Part shown: in pieces, positions 12,973 to 27,255 of the stretch
Layout of the letters: each line of letters begins with the position of its first letter
Position numbering within the stretch: the first letter of the stretch is position 1
NCBI RefSeq assembly: GCF_018977255.1
Contig: NW_024704747.1
Location: 23,126,001-23,190,000 of the forward strand
Reading direction: 5' to 3'
Source: Callorhinchus milii
Taxonomy: Eukaryota
Length of the DNA: 64,000 nt
Notes under the pieces: model-generated
What the model was told of the DNA's origin: nothing
Seen by the model: the letters and a program-made list of their open reading frames with translations, nothing else
The model's database searches: none
Made by a program: the position numbers and the translations under genes

Positions 12973-13289
12973 AATAAGATCTATATAGTTAGTCCCATTC
13001 CCTTCTTGTTTCGTTAGACCTTTTTAGGTTTTCCCTGTTCAGATATGTCTAATGCCCTCTTAAAGGCTAGTATGAATTCTGATTCACCCACAGTTTCTGA
13101 TAATCCTGCATGAAAAAAAATCTTGGCATCTCTCCCTTTATTTATTTTGCAGTAATGATCTTAATTTTCTCTGCTCCGGATATTGTTTCACCAGCCAAAG
13201 GAAATACACTCCCATTTTGCCTTATCGAAAGCCCTCATCGTTTTGAACACCAATCAATCTCAACCCAGGTAGACTCCTCTCACCCAACT

Positions 13290-13575
13290 CCTCTCATGCA
13301 CTATTAACACCTCTTATCCCCAGTTTTGTTTCAACCCCCCACTTTTGTTTTACGCCACTATCACCTCTTTAACCCATCAACTAACACATTCTCTCCTTTG
13401 TCTTCTTTTTGGCTTCTTTGCCTTCTTTGTCCTGCCTCCCAATCTCAGTTTGTCCTTATAAACCTCTCCCTCCCAACATGCTCCAGTTCTGATGAAGGGT
13501 CATGGACCTGAAATGTTGACTCACTTTCCTTTCTCCATAGATGCTGCCTGACCTGCTCTCTGTTTTTGTTTCTCC
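13290..13575 (+). mobile_element. Penelope-like element fragment with minimal hammerhead motif
   Basis: Pyrimidine-rich stretch, then CAGTT-CTGATGA-AGGGTCATGGACCT-GAAA-TGTT-GACT, then ctccatagatgctgcctgacctgct shared with 44807-45038. Confidence 0.6.
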
Positions 13576-13994
13576 TCTCAACCCTCTATGTTCCCATGAA
13601 AACGACCTGGTGTAAGCACTTAGTTTTCAACAGTGAAATCTGAAAATTGGCAAGAAGCTGCTCAGCTGACAGCAAGCCAGGAAGTGGCTTCATAACGCAA
13701 GAAACTCCAAGCACTCTACATAAAATATCTATGCTAAAGGGTGGTGCAATACCCACTGGCTTCGAATTGTGGTTACACACTGGGGATCCCAGCATATTTT
13801 TCTCTATCTAGTTCCTCCCACTCTGGATTGTGCTTCTCTCCCATTCGAAATGCTCAATCTCATCAGATGCCTTTTTGTGACTTGTTCCCTTACTGCGGTC
13901 TTCCTGAAATCAGTACTTTTCTCTTGCTTTTCCATTCTTTCTTGGTTTCCTTCAAATTCCTTGAGAAGGTAGGCTACAAAGAGGCACGGAGAAC

Positions 13995-14225
13995 AATAAT
14001 AATAATAATAATCCTTGCATTTGATATAGCGCTTTTCACGTCGGGAGGACGTCCCAAAGCGCTTCACAGAATAGACTGTAAAGTGAATTGACTGTATATT
14101 TGTGGGCGAACGCGGCAGCCAATTGCGCACAGCAATGTCCCACAAACAGTCGTAGATTGAAAATGACCAATTTATTATTTTTTTTTATTTTGGAGGGATT
14201 ATTATTATTATTATTATTATTATTA
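13995..14225 (-). mobile_element. 5'-truncated tRNA-SINE, young copy, with (ATT)n expansion
   Basis: Near-identical to the 3' two-thirds of 11366-11687. Confidence 0.85.
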
Positions 14226-17200
14226 ACAAGCAGGGTATTGGGATTAGAGTAGTTAGCTTCAATGTATGGGCTGGCACCAGTCCTGCTTATAATGTTCCAT
14301 TTTCTATGATTCTTTATTCTTTCCTTTTTGGTCTTGAATCTTCCTCCCTCTTTCATCCATTAAAAATGACCAATTTTACATGGTTCTTAGCAATGACAGT
14401 GAAGTACATGCAGTAGAACCTGAGAAGATGCAAATCATCAGTAAGTGAGGAGAATGGAGTTATGATAGCAGTGGACTGGCTGAGATTGGGAAAGAATGCA
14501 ATGGTTGAAGAATGCAAATTGATCAGAGAATTCCAATATTTTCAAACCCATTCCGTCTCTTAAAACTCAGATTTTTTTTAATGTTTACCTAATGTTTTCT
14601 TGGTCATTTTACACAGGCACATTAACATGCACCAAGCCTTTCAGAATGAATCGAAAGGTTAATTAGCTAATGATTTTCAATGTATAATCTTCCTAATGGT
14701 TATACTTTGTTTCTCTCCTGCTTCCTTTCTCACACTGTTAAAGCAACTTTTCTGACCTCAGTCCTTCAATTCTGATGAAGGGCCACACCTAAAACATTTA
14801 CTTATCTTTTTCTTGGCTGCAGGTTCTATGTAGTTATAGTATTTCAGTTTGATTTTAGGTTTATAAACTCAGACTTTTGCTTTCTGCTTCCTTCATTGCA
14901 TTGGGATTGGGCTCAATTTTAATAAACAGTACTATCAACTTTGCAACAACTACCAGATTTACAGTTTTCAATCATTTGTTTTATTCTAAATCCATGATAA
15001 TTTTAAGGATTATTCCCCCCATTGAATAAGCCTTTGCTTCAGTCCTTCATGCATTGCTGTGAAATTTGAAACATTGACTTAATTCGCTGAACGTGTAAAA
15101 GATGCAGACATTTGGGAATGGGATTACTTTGTCTTCAGTAATCCTTGTATTGTGTCGGCTGAGAAACTAACTGAACCATCTTGGAGAATTACTACCATTG
15201 CTATAAACGTACTGGTTCCTGCAAGACTTTATGAAGGTTGAGTTTCTATGGGGCTGATACTCCTTCTGTCACATTGCTTTTTTCAATTTATTGGACTGCA
15301 GGGATACATGAACAAGGAGACTTCTGAGACCCCCTTCCCCCCTCACAAAACAGCTCAGCTAAAGATGGCAGGAAGGGGAATGAAATGCAAACAATTAAAC
15401 ATGAAAAGTGCCGAGGATTCTCCAGCTGTGAGAATTTGAGTGCCAGATTCAGGAATCAAAAAGTATGCCGGTGGAAATACTTCTCTTACACTGCATTCGG
15501 CAATTCTTCAAAATATCACTGCCAAAATTGTAACATATTTAAAAACTTCAGTTCTATTTGTCACCAGGGTTAGTCGTTGGGACTTGGAAGAGCAGACCGG
15601 TCACTGGGGGCAGGGAATTATCCCACTCAGCTCCTGTTAATACTGCAAGCCAAAGCTCTAACAGGTAAAGTGGTCCTAGTGGACAGGCAGAGGGAAAACT
15701 TGCTAGACAAGATTGTGAATGATGTTGCTACTGCATTTCAGGGAGATGACCAAATAAATCAATCCTCTTCTGACATATTACGCTCAGAGATGCCAAGCAC
15801 TAAATGTGAATGAAGTCCTTTGATTGACATCTCATTTTCAGATCCTCAGATTTCAATATTCATCAATCCACTGCTCTCAACAAGAGGTGCGAGATGATGG
15901 GAGAGAACGCTGAACACTTAAGTATCGTCACTTGGAGCTTAGTCTCAGCAAATTGAAAAGGACAGCCAGCAGATGGTCACATGTAAGTTCATGAAAGAAA
16001 TAACAATGAAGCTCCCAATGGCTCTGTTTGTCCAACTATACAGATCAGAGAAGTTACAGTTCAATCTACACTCTGTGCCCAATTAGTCTATCTCAACCAA
16101 TTAGTGATGATGCATGACTATCAATTTCAGTCTGGTTCAAAATTAAATGGGATTGAATAAGTAAACCAAGAATAATATTTCAGGATTCACTGAGACAGTA
16201 GCACAAGAGGACATAGGTTTAGACTTGCAAAGGCCAATTTCAGGACAGTGTGCCTTTACCCAGAAGATAATTAATGACTGGAACAGGTTGCCAGGAAAGA
16301 TGGTTGCAGTCCAGGACACTGGACTGATTTAAAAAAAAGCAGCTTGATGCTGTGATGGGAAAATGCTAAGGGGACATTCTGGAAGGATGAAAATAAATGA
16401 GTGAAGGGTCTTCTACATCCAAACCGATCTTATATATGAGTATTCCACATAGGGTTATGTCTCAAGCTGCACTGCTCGTTTAGTACTAGGACAATTCCAT
16501 ACTCAAACAAATTCTAAAGCTTCTCCACTGGAGCTAACTCCTCCAAACTCAGTTCCCTGCTCTTTCACCTTATGTTTTTATATCCCTCCTCTTCAAATAT
16601 TTATCCAAGTTTTTCTCAAATGTTATGGTTATTCAGTGGAACCAGAACCAAAGCATTTGCTCCAAAGCCAGCATGCCATAAGGGAGCTACGAGGAAACCC
16701 ACGAAGCCAACACTCTCTGCGTTTTAATATTCCAATGAATGAGAAGAAATTGGAATAAGAGCAAGTTCATGATCTCCCCTTACTGATCTGAAGTTATAAT
16801 TACTATCAGGCAGTCTGATTCTGATAACGTGGTACTAACACTGATTGCTTAGAGCAGATAGAGGGAAGGTGGGGTGGCACAGGAAAAAGCAAATTATTCC
16901 GGTCAATTGTATGAGTTTGGGAACCCGTGGGATACCCCATCAGTACAGTCAGCCACTCACTCAGTGAGATGCTCCCACACTCCCTCTTCTAGCCAGTTAC
17001 CTTAAAACAGACTGTATGGAATCTTTTGATGAACTTTTCCTCTGCCGTTATACAGATTTCCTGCTGTTGACTGGCTGAACTCACAGCGAATTATGATACT
17101 CATACTATTCAAAAAGACACAATATTTGCCTAATAGTTTCCATTGGCTTTATTTACTGGAAGAAAAAATAATTTCTCTAACCTTTCAAACAAGATTTCTT

Positions 17201-18015
17201 GCATAAGGCGATAGAAATTAATTAAAGGTTCATCGCTCTCTGACTTAAATCAGTAGCCAATTGCTGCTCCAGTGCAAATTGTTTGAAAAATGTTTCCCAG
17301 AATTAAAATGACAATGGCAAATTCCTAGCCTATTAACCTCATGGCAAGTAGTCCTTAAGTAAAATAAGACTATAGAATTTTTTTATAACAGAACAGCTGT
17401 TCAAACCAGTTTGGGTACAGTTAACCTTTGAATTAAGTCTACTTTTGGCAAAACCTCTATGTTTTCTTAAACTATTAACCAGTGATCTTCTAATCAGTGC
17501 TGGATCTTTAATCTGGTTCCAAACTTTGAGTCTATCCAGACCCAGTCACAAATGACCATACTTTTTCCATCAATAGGTTATTATATTTAATTTATGTATG
17601 CTATGCGATTTCCAGAAACATTAACTAAAAAAACTACCAGTAGTTGTATCTCACACATGTGATTTCAGGAACAGTTTGGAATATATTGTATATATCAGAT
17701 ATCTTCTGTCTCTGATGAAAGTTGACATTGCTAAGATTAGACTTGTCAAGATATTTCAAGCGTGTATGTTGGGACCACCCTTTGTGAGCAAGATAACTGA
17801 TATATCTTGGGGCATGAAGGCAGGGAGAGTTTGAAAGGAGTGGAGTGTTTAGGGGCAGAGGGAGTGAAATTAATTATTACATTTTTCATGCAGAATTTCA
17901 GCCAGTGCTCCACCCTGTAGATTAGATATTGCCAACTAAAATAACTATATTAATTAACATAGTTTGTAGCAATATTATCACAAAATGATAGGACATTAAT
18001 ATAGAAATCTGGCAC

Positions 18016-18327
18016 AATAATAATCTTTGCGTTTGATGTTGCACCTTATCACATCATCTAGACGTCTCAAAGCCCGTCACAGAATATACTGTAAAGTGAA
18101 TTGACTGTATATTTGTGGGCGAAACTCTGCATGCAGCCAATTGCACACAGCAGTGTCCCACAAACAGTCGTGGATTGAAGTGACCAATTTATTGTTTTTT
18201 TTTCTTGAGGGATTATTATCAGGCGTGTGGAGTAAGGAAACTTGCCCAAGGTTTTGCCGTGCTGGGAATTGAACTCAGGTCTTTCGCTTGAGAGGCGAGT
18301 ACTCTAACCACTGAGCTACAGGACTCC
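18016..18327 (-). mobile_element. tRNA-derived SINE, full length, short subtype
   Basis: Same head, core and tail as 11366-11687. Confidence 0.85.
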
Positions 18328-19089
18328 ACGTTTCAGGACAATGTCACATTTCTGCAATATTTTCCACGATATTAACTATAATTGCTTGTGCCACAGTTAT
18401 ATAAATTTGGCCTTCAATGTTCCTCCAGTCAATACCTAATACTAAATGCTGATAGTACCAGCTTTGCTCTTGATTAAACTGATCGTTAATACAACCTTTT
18501 CTCATAAACTCGTTTCCAGAATGAACATAAGATACAATCATGTTACACTCTGAGATAATTTTGGGGATGCAGTTAGAAACAAGTAAGTAAATATTATTCT
18601 CCTTGGTCTCCCTTGCTTTTGGCAAGCTACAATCTCTTGCAAGATTCCTGAACATACAATAAGACTGTGGGAATAACCAATAAAAACATTGATGTTGAAC
18701 CTACAGTGTAAAAGCCATGACATCCAAATGATAATTCCTGCCCTATTAGCAAAAATGTAGGTTTTTTTATTTACAACTGACCCAGTCTCTGCTATGATTT
18801 CTCAAGATGAGCTTTTATCTACTCCCAGACTCTCAATGTACATCAACAGTGCAATATAAATATAATACTAACTTCTTCCAGGAATATCCTTCTAAAAGGG
18901 TTATTTCTGGAAGGACAATTTTTATAACGACAAATAAAAACACAAAGTGAATCTTTAAATAGTTATGGAGCAACTTAAACCTAAAGAAAACAAAATTGTT
19001 TCTTCATAGATACATTATTATTCGGGATAACTTTATTAATGATTAATGTATAGCAAAGTCAGACTGGTATGTGCATTGAAACACTTATG

Positions 19090-19544
19090 TCTTTGAGACG
19101 TCTCGAAGCGCTTCACAGAATAAACCGTAAAGTGAATTGACTGTATATTTTGTCGGCAAACGCGGTAGCCTAGTGTCCCACAAACAGTCGTGGATTGAGT
19201 GACCAATTTCAAAACAGCAACTTGCACTTATATAGTGCCCTCCATGCAGAATAGTGTCTCAGAGTGCTTAACAGTGGCGGAGCCTGACTCCGAGCCGGGT
19301 GGTGGTGGGAGGTGGCTGTAAGTCTTCAGGTGGGACTTGAAACAGGGGGGAGAGAGGGAATTATTATTATTATTATGAAGGAATTATTACCCTCAGAAAA
19401 GTGATCCACCAATTGACTAACAACCAGGTTCCTACTTAATGCTAGGTAAACAGAGGCATGTGGAGTAAGGAAACTTGCCCAACGTTTCGCCCTGCCTGGG
19501 AGTCGAATCCAGGTCTCTCACTTGCGAGGTGAGAGCTCTAACCA
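19090..19544 (-). mobile_element. tRNA-SINE (long subtype) interrupted by an L2-type 3' fragment at about 19211-19360
   Basis: SINE halves flank an insert starting cagcaacttgcacttatatagtgccctccatgc. Confidence 0.7.
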
Positions 19545-22199
19545 CAAAAAAGAAAAAGAAAATCACATCTGGAGTGGCAAAACAAGCAAAAGACAAGCTA
19601 TGCAAATGAAGAGAAGCATCATTTATCTTTGTTGAGTTGCATTATCCAGTATGCAAAGTGCTTTTTGGTATTTAGAAGCACTCTGCCTTTTGCTGTCTAC
19701 CTTCATTAAGTTGACATGAGGCAGAAATCTGTGTCTTCACACACTGAGAGCAAAAGCTGATGGATGAGAATAAAAAGAATTAGAAGAGAAAGGTTATACA
19801 GAACAGATGGTCAGGGCTGGGCTGCAGGCGAGCATAAAGTTCCAATTTCCTATAGTTTTAAACCTAGGGACATTGTTCACATCTTTGAGTCATCTTCTTT
19901 CAGCTATAATTTGGGATAATAGACACCAAGAAAGTTTTTCTTTTTCAAATGCACCAACATTGCACCTGGAGAAACAGGCTGCACAGCACAACACAACAAC
20001 GGCTGGCCAGTGTCAGAGAAGCCCACACACCAATAATACCCATCATTGGTGGGTGAGCTTTCAACCACTTTGCCCCCAATCTTTCTCTCTCTCTGAATCC
20101 TCCCACTTTGCACCCTCCCCCCTCTGCTTTTAAAATACTTCTAAAAACCTCTTTCTTTGATTACACTTTCAGTCACCTCTGTCCAATCCCTCCACCCACC
20201 CTAATCACCCTCCAACTCTGAGAAGTACCTTGAGATGATTTCGTACATGAAAGGCGTTACATAAAGTAGTTTGTTATTGGTGTTGTATATCAAAATAAAT
20301 CATGGTTTTATATTCTGTGGCCTTGAAACTACCAAACAGTTAAATACATAACATGCAGCATTTTGCTTTTCCACACAAAGGCTTGGCTTTTTGTGGCCCA
20401 ATGGAACTTGCAGTTGCAAAACGAGGAGATAGTTACTTATTTACTAATTGTTGCTGCCTATTCAACTCCATAATTAGCAGGAAATAATAATAATCCTTGC
20501 ATTTGACATGCAGTGGCACCTTTCACATTGCCGCAACGACTCAAAGCGCCTCACAGGATTTATTTGTAAAGTCTACTATATTTTTAGGTGATTGCAGCAC
20601 CCAATTTGCACACAGCAATGTTCAACAATCAGCTAGGAAGCGAATGACCAATTTTATCTGGGGGACTTTTGACCAGCGTACTAGAAGAAGCTTTCTTTAT
20701 TAAAAATGTGCCAGTGTTGCACAAGCTACACAATAATAGGTGGCCAACATCAGAGAAGTGATAACTGATAATGCATTATAACAATGTGGTTCTCTTCACT
20801 TTAATGTGTTTTCTTGCACCATGTATCATACTTCCACAGTTATTTGCCTAACAATGCAATTCTATAGCAGGGCAAATAAGAGCAATCCGGGATAACTGGG
20901 TTTTCTTCCAACATTGGAAATTAAGAACTTATCCTGCAAGATACTTTGGTAAATAAGTTAGTGTCCCATCACTGTATAGTACAAAGCACTGCCACACTAA
21001 CAATCTGTGCCAACAGGTCTCTGGAACAGCATGGAAGGGATACTTAACACAAAGAAAGAATTTTAAGATTTGAAACATAGAAGACCATTGAACTACTGCA
21101 GGGAATTACTGATGCAATATTTCATAGAACTAAAATTTGAAAGATATGCACAGTTATCTCTCATTTCAGTTTGGAAATAGGAGGTGAGGCATCAATAGGT
21201 AGATCGCAAATATCCATGTGTGTGTTTGGGGCGGGGGAAGGGAAGAAAGCGAGGTGAATAGTTCGATACTGAAATCAACATAAAAAATAAAATTGGATGT
21301 TTCCTACTCTTTATTTCATTTTAGTTTAACTTCACTTTTCAGTTTGATTACCATGTTCAAGAGCTCTGTAAAACAGTAATGCATATTGAGCAGCTATCTG
21401 AAATATAATTCATTATCTTATACACCAGAGAAGTGGTGGAGGGAACAGTGAAATGTACACAGGTGCCCTTGTTCTCTTTCTCAGCCTTCTACAGACTTGG
21501 AAAATGAGAGAACTCAATGAATATAAATGAACTTGGGCACTGTGACTCACTCCTGATTCTGGTCCAATGAATATAGAACAAGTGCATGCATATTAAGATT
21601 TTTTTCTTAAAATTAAGCCAACATAGCAATGTAGATTTAATTTAAGGAAACACTTCTCCAGCTGGTCAAATACTCGTAAAATGGTTTTAGTCTATATAAT
21701 TATGCTTCATTACATTCAAATACCAGCTTACGATGTAACTTGCAGATATTTACAGATTAGCACACGTGAAAGGTTATGTGTCCATTTAAATATATGGAAC
21801 ACTGTTTATGCTTCTTCAGAGTGACATCAAAATAAATTAGGCATTTCAATTAAAATGGATAAACCATTTCCAACAAGTGATGCTTAATTGATCTTTTGAG
21901 TTCCTATAACCATTCCAACTGCCTCATGCTATATCTCAGGTGAATCTCAAATTAGTTCCTATCCTTTTGCACGACAGATGTGGTAGTCTGGTTCCTGAGC
22001 CAGGCGGGTCTTCAGTTCTCCACAACAGTACTGATGATGCCAGACCAGATAGCCTGGCTGGTTGGCAAGACTTGAAGGAACAGTCCTCCAAGGGATTCCT
22101 ACCACTCAATTCCTTTAAACCCTGCAGGCCAAACATCAAACAAGTTTTGCCCTAGCTGAACACACAGAGGGAAGCTTGCCAGGCAGTGCTGTCAATAGC

Positions 22200-22335
22200 A
22201 AGCTACGTGACTTCAGTTGGTTAGACTCCAGCAGTATCCCCAACTCACAATTTGGGTCCCCCAAACCTTAGCTCTTGCCAATCTTCACCTAATACTCTCC
22301 AGATTTAATTAAGCAGTGCACATCCTTCCATTTGT
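22200..22335 (+). repeat. Unclassified interspersed repeat, copy 2 of 3
   Basis: Aligns by eye to 4510-4640. Confidence 0.55.
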
Positions 22336-22509
22336 AGATAGTATACATATTTTTGGGGGGTTTGGACACACTTAGGCATAGTGAAAGGATTCCGCATGTA
22401 TCAGATACCCAGCTGACTAACAAAAAATTACTTGTTCAATCTTCTGCAATCATAAATACATATTGGTCAACTTCAGTAAACACAAAACAATTATGAGGAA
22501 TCACTCCTT

Positions 22510-23350
22510 CCTCTCCCACCACTCCCTTAATGAACCCCTCCAACTGAGTTTCCGTGCCGCTAACAACACAGAAACAGCTTTGGTCAAAGTGACAAATGAC
22601 TATCTCCACAAACGGCTTCTCCTCTAGCCCCCACACTGTGCCGTGTGGTGTTCCTCAGGGCTCTGTACTTGGTCCCCTCCTCTTCAATATCTGTATGCTC
22701 CCTCTTGGTGACATCATTCGCAGACTTGCAGTCAACTTCTCCATGTATATGGATGACACCCAATACTATCTCTCTGCCTCCACCCTTGACTCCAGAGCCA
22801 CTGCTGTCCTGACAGAATGTCTATCAGACATCAAGTCTGGATGAGAGCTAACTTTCTTTAGTTGAACGTCAACACGATCGTACCAGGTACCGCGACCCTA
22901 TCACTCCCATCCTCGTCCGATTCCACTGGCTTCCCATCACACAGAGGATACAGTTCAAGATCCTGGTCCTCACTTTCAAAGCCTTCCATGGCCTTTCTCC
23001 CCACTCTCTCTGCGACCTCCTAGCTCCCTACCAACCTGCATGCTCTCTTCACTCAGCGGTCTCTAGCCTACTTGATGTCCCCCACCTCACCCGACCCACC
23101 ATTAGCAGGCGGGCCTTCAGCCACTCTGCCCCCATCCTCCGGTACTCCTTTCCGCAGTCCCTCCACCTCGCTCACTCCCTTGCTTCCTTCAAAACCCGTC
23201 TCAAGACCCTCCTCTTTGACGGTGCCTTTGGTTACCTTCCTTCCCGCCCTTCCCTCCACCCTCCCCGCTCCCGACCGCCAGTCTAAAACACTGATTGCAC
23301 TTTGGGATGTCCTTTCGACCTGGAAGGTGCTATACACATGTAATTTTGTT
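22510..23350 (+). mobile_element. Decayed L2/CR1-clade LINE (RT fragment plus 3' end)
   Basis: ORF 22596 contains GVPQGSVLGPLLF and a YADD-like YMDD RT motif; 3' part is homologous to 56731-57650. Confidence 0.85.
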
Positions 23351-24243
23351 GCTGTTATGTCAATATTAGTAAAGAAAAATGTATGAACAGTTTTCTAATA
23401 CCAAGGATTAAATGTTGGTCAACAATTCTTGACGTCTTCCTGACATGAACGGGGCTATACAAGTGTAACTTGATGTTTTTACTTTTCCATGTCCTGTAAC
23501 AATCTGTTTATATGTATAGCATATTTCTCATTGTACCTTATCTGGCTGAATTGATCTTCTGAAATGATATTACGGACGTTGGAAGAAATTTGCTTCAATC
23601 ACTGATCTTGTCACCTGACATATTTTTAAAAATACATCATAATTTAAAGCCATATGGAGTCTTGTAATGGCAAATGATAGTCTATTTCTTTGTTGAAATA
23701 TTTCCTTGGGCAGAGACCGAAGGAATAATAGGCTTTAAATCAATGACTTTTCAATTCAAGTGAGATAGTGTGTTTTTGCTGCCAGCAAAATGATGAAACA
23801 TTTCAGTTCTGCGTCATGCTCCAGTGAGCTAGTAAGCCAAGGACCAATAAATCTCAAACAGCAGGGCGTATTTATCAAATGAGCAGCATAACAATTTATT
23901 CAAAAAATGTCCTATAACATGAGAGCATTCAGATACATAAGTTTTGAAAATAGTTTCGCTCTCAACATTTACCATATAGAAAATAAATACAGTATTCTGT
24001 ATACTGAATCATGGCGTATAGTAAATTCAGCTTTATGCCCAATCCACTGTGGTTCTCACTGGTTCTGTGTTTAATCTCTTTGTAGCCTCTCTAAAGGTAC
24101 ACATTGACCTTTTTGAATACGGTGTGTTTATGTATACAATACATTCACTTACATAGCCCCAGATGGGCAAAGGTAAAGAAGTGTGTTTTGAGTCAGGCAT
24201 ATGCATGTATCATTGTTACTAGGTATTAAGCCTTCATTTGAAT

Positions 24244-24596
24244 TAGAGAACTCACCTTGAAAGCGAGAGACCTGGGTTCGATTCCCGGGCAGGGCAAACG
24301 TTGGGCACGTTCCATTACTCCACACGCCTCTGCTCACCTAGCAGTAAGTAGGAACCCGATTGTTGGTCGATTGGCGGATCACTTTTCTGGGAATAATAAT
24401 CCCTTGAAAAAAAAGGAATAATAATTTTGTCACTCAATCCACGACTGTTTGTGGGACACTGCTATGCACGATTGACTGCTGCGTTTCTCCCACATAATGT
24501 ACAGTCAATTCACTTTACAGTATATTCTATGAAATGCTTTGAATGTCTCGAAGATGTAATAAGGCGCTATATCAAATGCAAGGATTATTATTATTA
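24244..24596 (+). mobile_element. tRNA-SINE, long subtype
   Basis: Carries an extra ~65-nt block cctctgctcacctagcagtaagtaggaacccg... absent from short copies. Confidence 0.85.
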
Positions 24597-27049
24597 GGGA
24601 CAGGACAGCATATGCATGTGCCAATAAAACCAATGTGGGACAAAAGATGTGATGGACTACATTATGCCCATGATTGTATTGCATTCCATTTGAGGGTGTG
24701 ATGCCAGTATGCTCACACCATTATTCTTTCATCAAGATGAGAAGGGTGTTTCATTTTCCATTTGATCATGTTTTCTTCTCTTGGTTGCTAAGGACAGCGT
24801 GTCCTCCAAAATAAACCTCAAATCTAAAGCAGCTGCCTGGAGATACACAAGTCCAAAATGTAAATGGACTGGATCTGCTTCTGATTGAATTACAAATTAG
24901 AGTCAATTCTCCTCTAAGTAAGAGCACTTGAGTTTGAGATTATATGGAAAACTGAGTCATGCTCTGTGCCCCACGTGGAACCAATAGATGCATTTTCAAT
25001 AAACATTTTGTTCTTAATCATGGGCAAAAAAAAAAACTGTGTAGCAGCTTGCAATAAATTTATCCTTCTTGGATGGAGATGGACATTTCTGGATATACAG
25101 CATATTTCCCATTCCCCAACTTTAACTGGAATTCTGAATTCAATTTGTGAAATAATATTGCCAGGGAATTAGGGTTGAGAATTGTATTAGATTGAAAAGC
25201 GGATGGGGCAGAACATTTTTTAAAAAAATACACATTAACTGTTAAATTAGGAGTTCCACACTCATACCATTTGTTTTACACAAAGACTCTGGATGTGTCA
25301 TATGACACTTGGGTGATCCATATCAGTGTCTGTTTAAAGGAAACGCCTTAAAATGGTTGAATTGATGTTAGCAGAGCAGACGTCACTGTGGTAAATCCCC
25401 TTTAACTATCACTATGTTGGTGGTAACCATCACTAAGCTGGTGGGAGCTGTAAGAACTTCTGTGAGAATTACATTATTTGGGAAAATCAGAGCCCCTAAC
25501 CCTATTCATTAATCACTGATTTGTCCAATTCTCCATGAGGAGGGGATGTCCTTCTCTAATCTCCACATCACTCTGGTGTATTGTGAGGATCACAAGAAGG
25601 GTTTGGATGAAAAGGACCGACCAACTCACTTGATCTTAGCCTTATAGGACACCAGCCATCAGTTTCTAGTAGAACTAGTGGTTTCTTAAACGTATCGCAA
25701 GTTCCAGCCTCCATTACGAGTTCAGATAATAATAATAATTCTTTCATTTGGTATAGCGCCTTATCAGTCTTCAAGATAATCCAGTCCAAAAAAAAAGTCT
25801 GGCTATTGATTACACCCTATACAAATACATAACATTACATAAATAAAAAATTATTTGCTCTAGAGGATCAAATATAAAGACACATCAAATGTAAATACAG
25901 TATTTCACCTACAAATACAGTCACAATACTTTATGGTAAATCCAGTGAAGTACTTTGGAGAAGTGTCAATAATGTGATAAGGCACCATATCAAATGCAAA
26001 GATTATTTATCAGTAGTGAGGCAGTAAATTACTTCAGAAGGCATTTTCTAATGTTAAAAGAAGAGTATTTGCTTTTATGGATCTACCACAATACCCTCCA
26101 AAATAAACTGGAACTTGCAATTAATAAATATTTCATTGGTCTTTTGAAGGTATATTTATTGCCTTGCTTTAGAATGGGTTTTTTGTTTTCTATTTCATGG
26201 GGTGTAACTCACTTCACACTCCATGGAGTCTGGAGATAATTTGAAGTGAAGATTAAAGTTAAATGGATGAATTTTCTCCAGATGCCCAGAATCCTCAAGA
26301 AAAATGAAGAATCTCTACCAACAGGTGGATTGACTCGCCCAGTCATTCATACTATCATAATAAGCTCCTCTGTCTCACTTTCAAATCCTCCATTACCTCG
26401 CTCCAAAAATGGAATGTATGTAATGTATTGAGTTCAGTACATTTCAAACCAAATAGAAATCTGGTATTTTTCTTCGCATTTAAATCTTAAATCTGGGCAG
26501 AATGGCTGAACTTGGATGGTTACAGCTGTTAAAATGGTTTGTACAAATTTGTTCAAGCTTTTAATTTGCTTTTTTTTGCTTTTAATCTCCATAAAATTGG
26601 CACCAACCATTTAGGAAGTGTCACAGTCACAATAACTCCCTAATCAACAGTGGCAGTGAATCTCGTAACTAAGTCATAGCACTCTTGTGAATTCAAGACC
26701 AGAGTGGCAACAATGTTTATTGAGATATTCAACATTTTTCACAATCTGGATAGAATGGCTGAACTGGGATGATTACAGCTGTGAAAATGGTATATTCACT
26801 CTTTCTGGTTTGTGCAAAATGTCAGCCTAGTGTTTTGTGAATCACAAGAAGTTCAGTTACTTTAGTGATGCACTCTGAAACGCTGCCCACGTGAAGGGCA
26901 CTATATAAATGTGTCGTTGATGCAAAAAGGAAGTTTGCGTACTTACTAGGCAATTTTCAAGCGATCATTAGATATACTCAAAATTACATTTTTTTATATA
27001 CTGTGGAGATTTCTGATCAGCGGGCATCTGACACTTGCGGAAACCCATC

Positions 27050-27255
27050 ATGATTTCCATGCATCCCACTTGCACATGGAAATCCCAGAGATAGATTGTC
27101 GGAATGGAACGCGCACTCTCTCCCTGGAGGGTTGCATCCTGCTTACCTAATTCCGGAAAGTATTAGGCGCAGGTTGGCAAGAGCCAAGGTTTGAGGACCC
27201 CCAGAGTGTGCATTGTGGTTCTACTAGAGTCTAACCAGCTAAAACCGCATAGCTC
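27050..27255 (-). repeat. Unclassified interspersed repeat, copy 3 of 3
   Basis: Reverse complement matches 4510-4720. Confidence 0.65.

Noticed and set aside
17711-17735. CTGATGA motifs at about 17712 and 30665 as hammerheads
   Set aside because: No stem II followed by GAAA.
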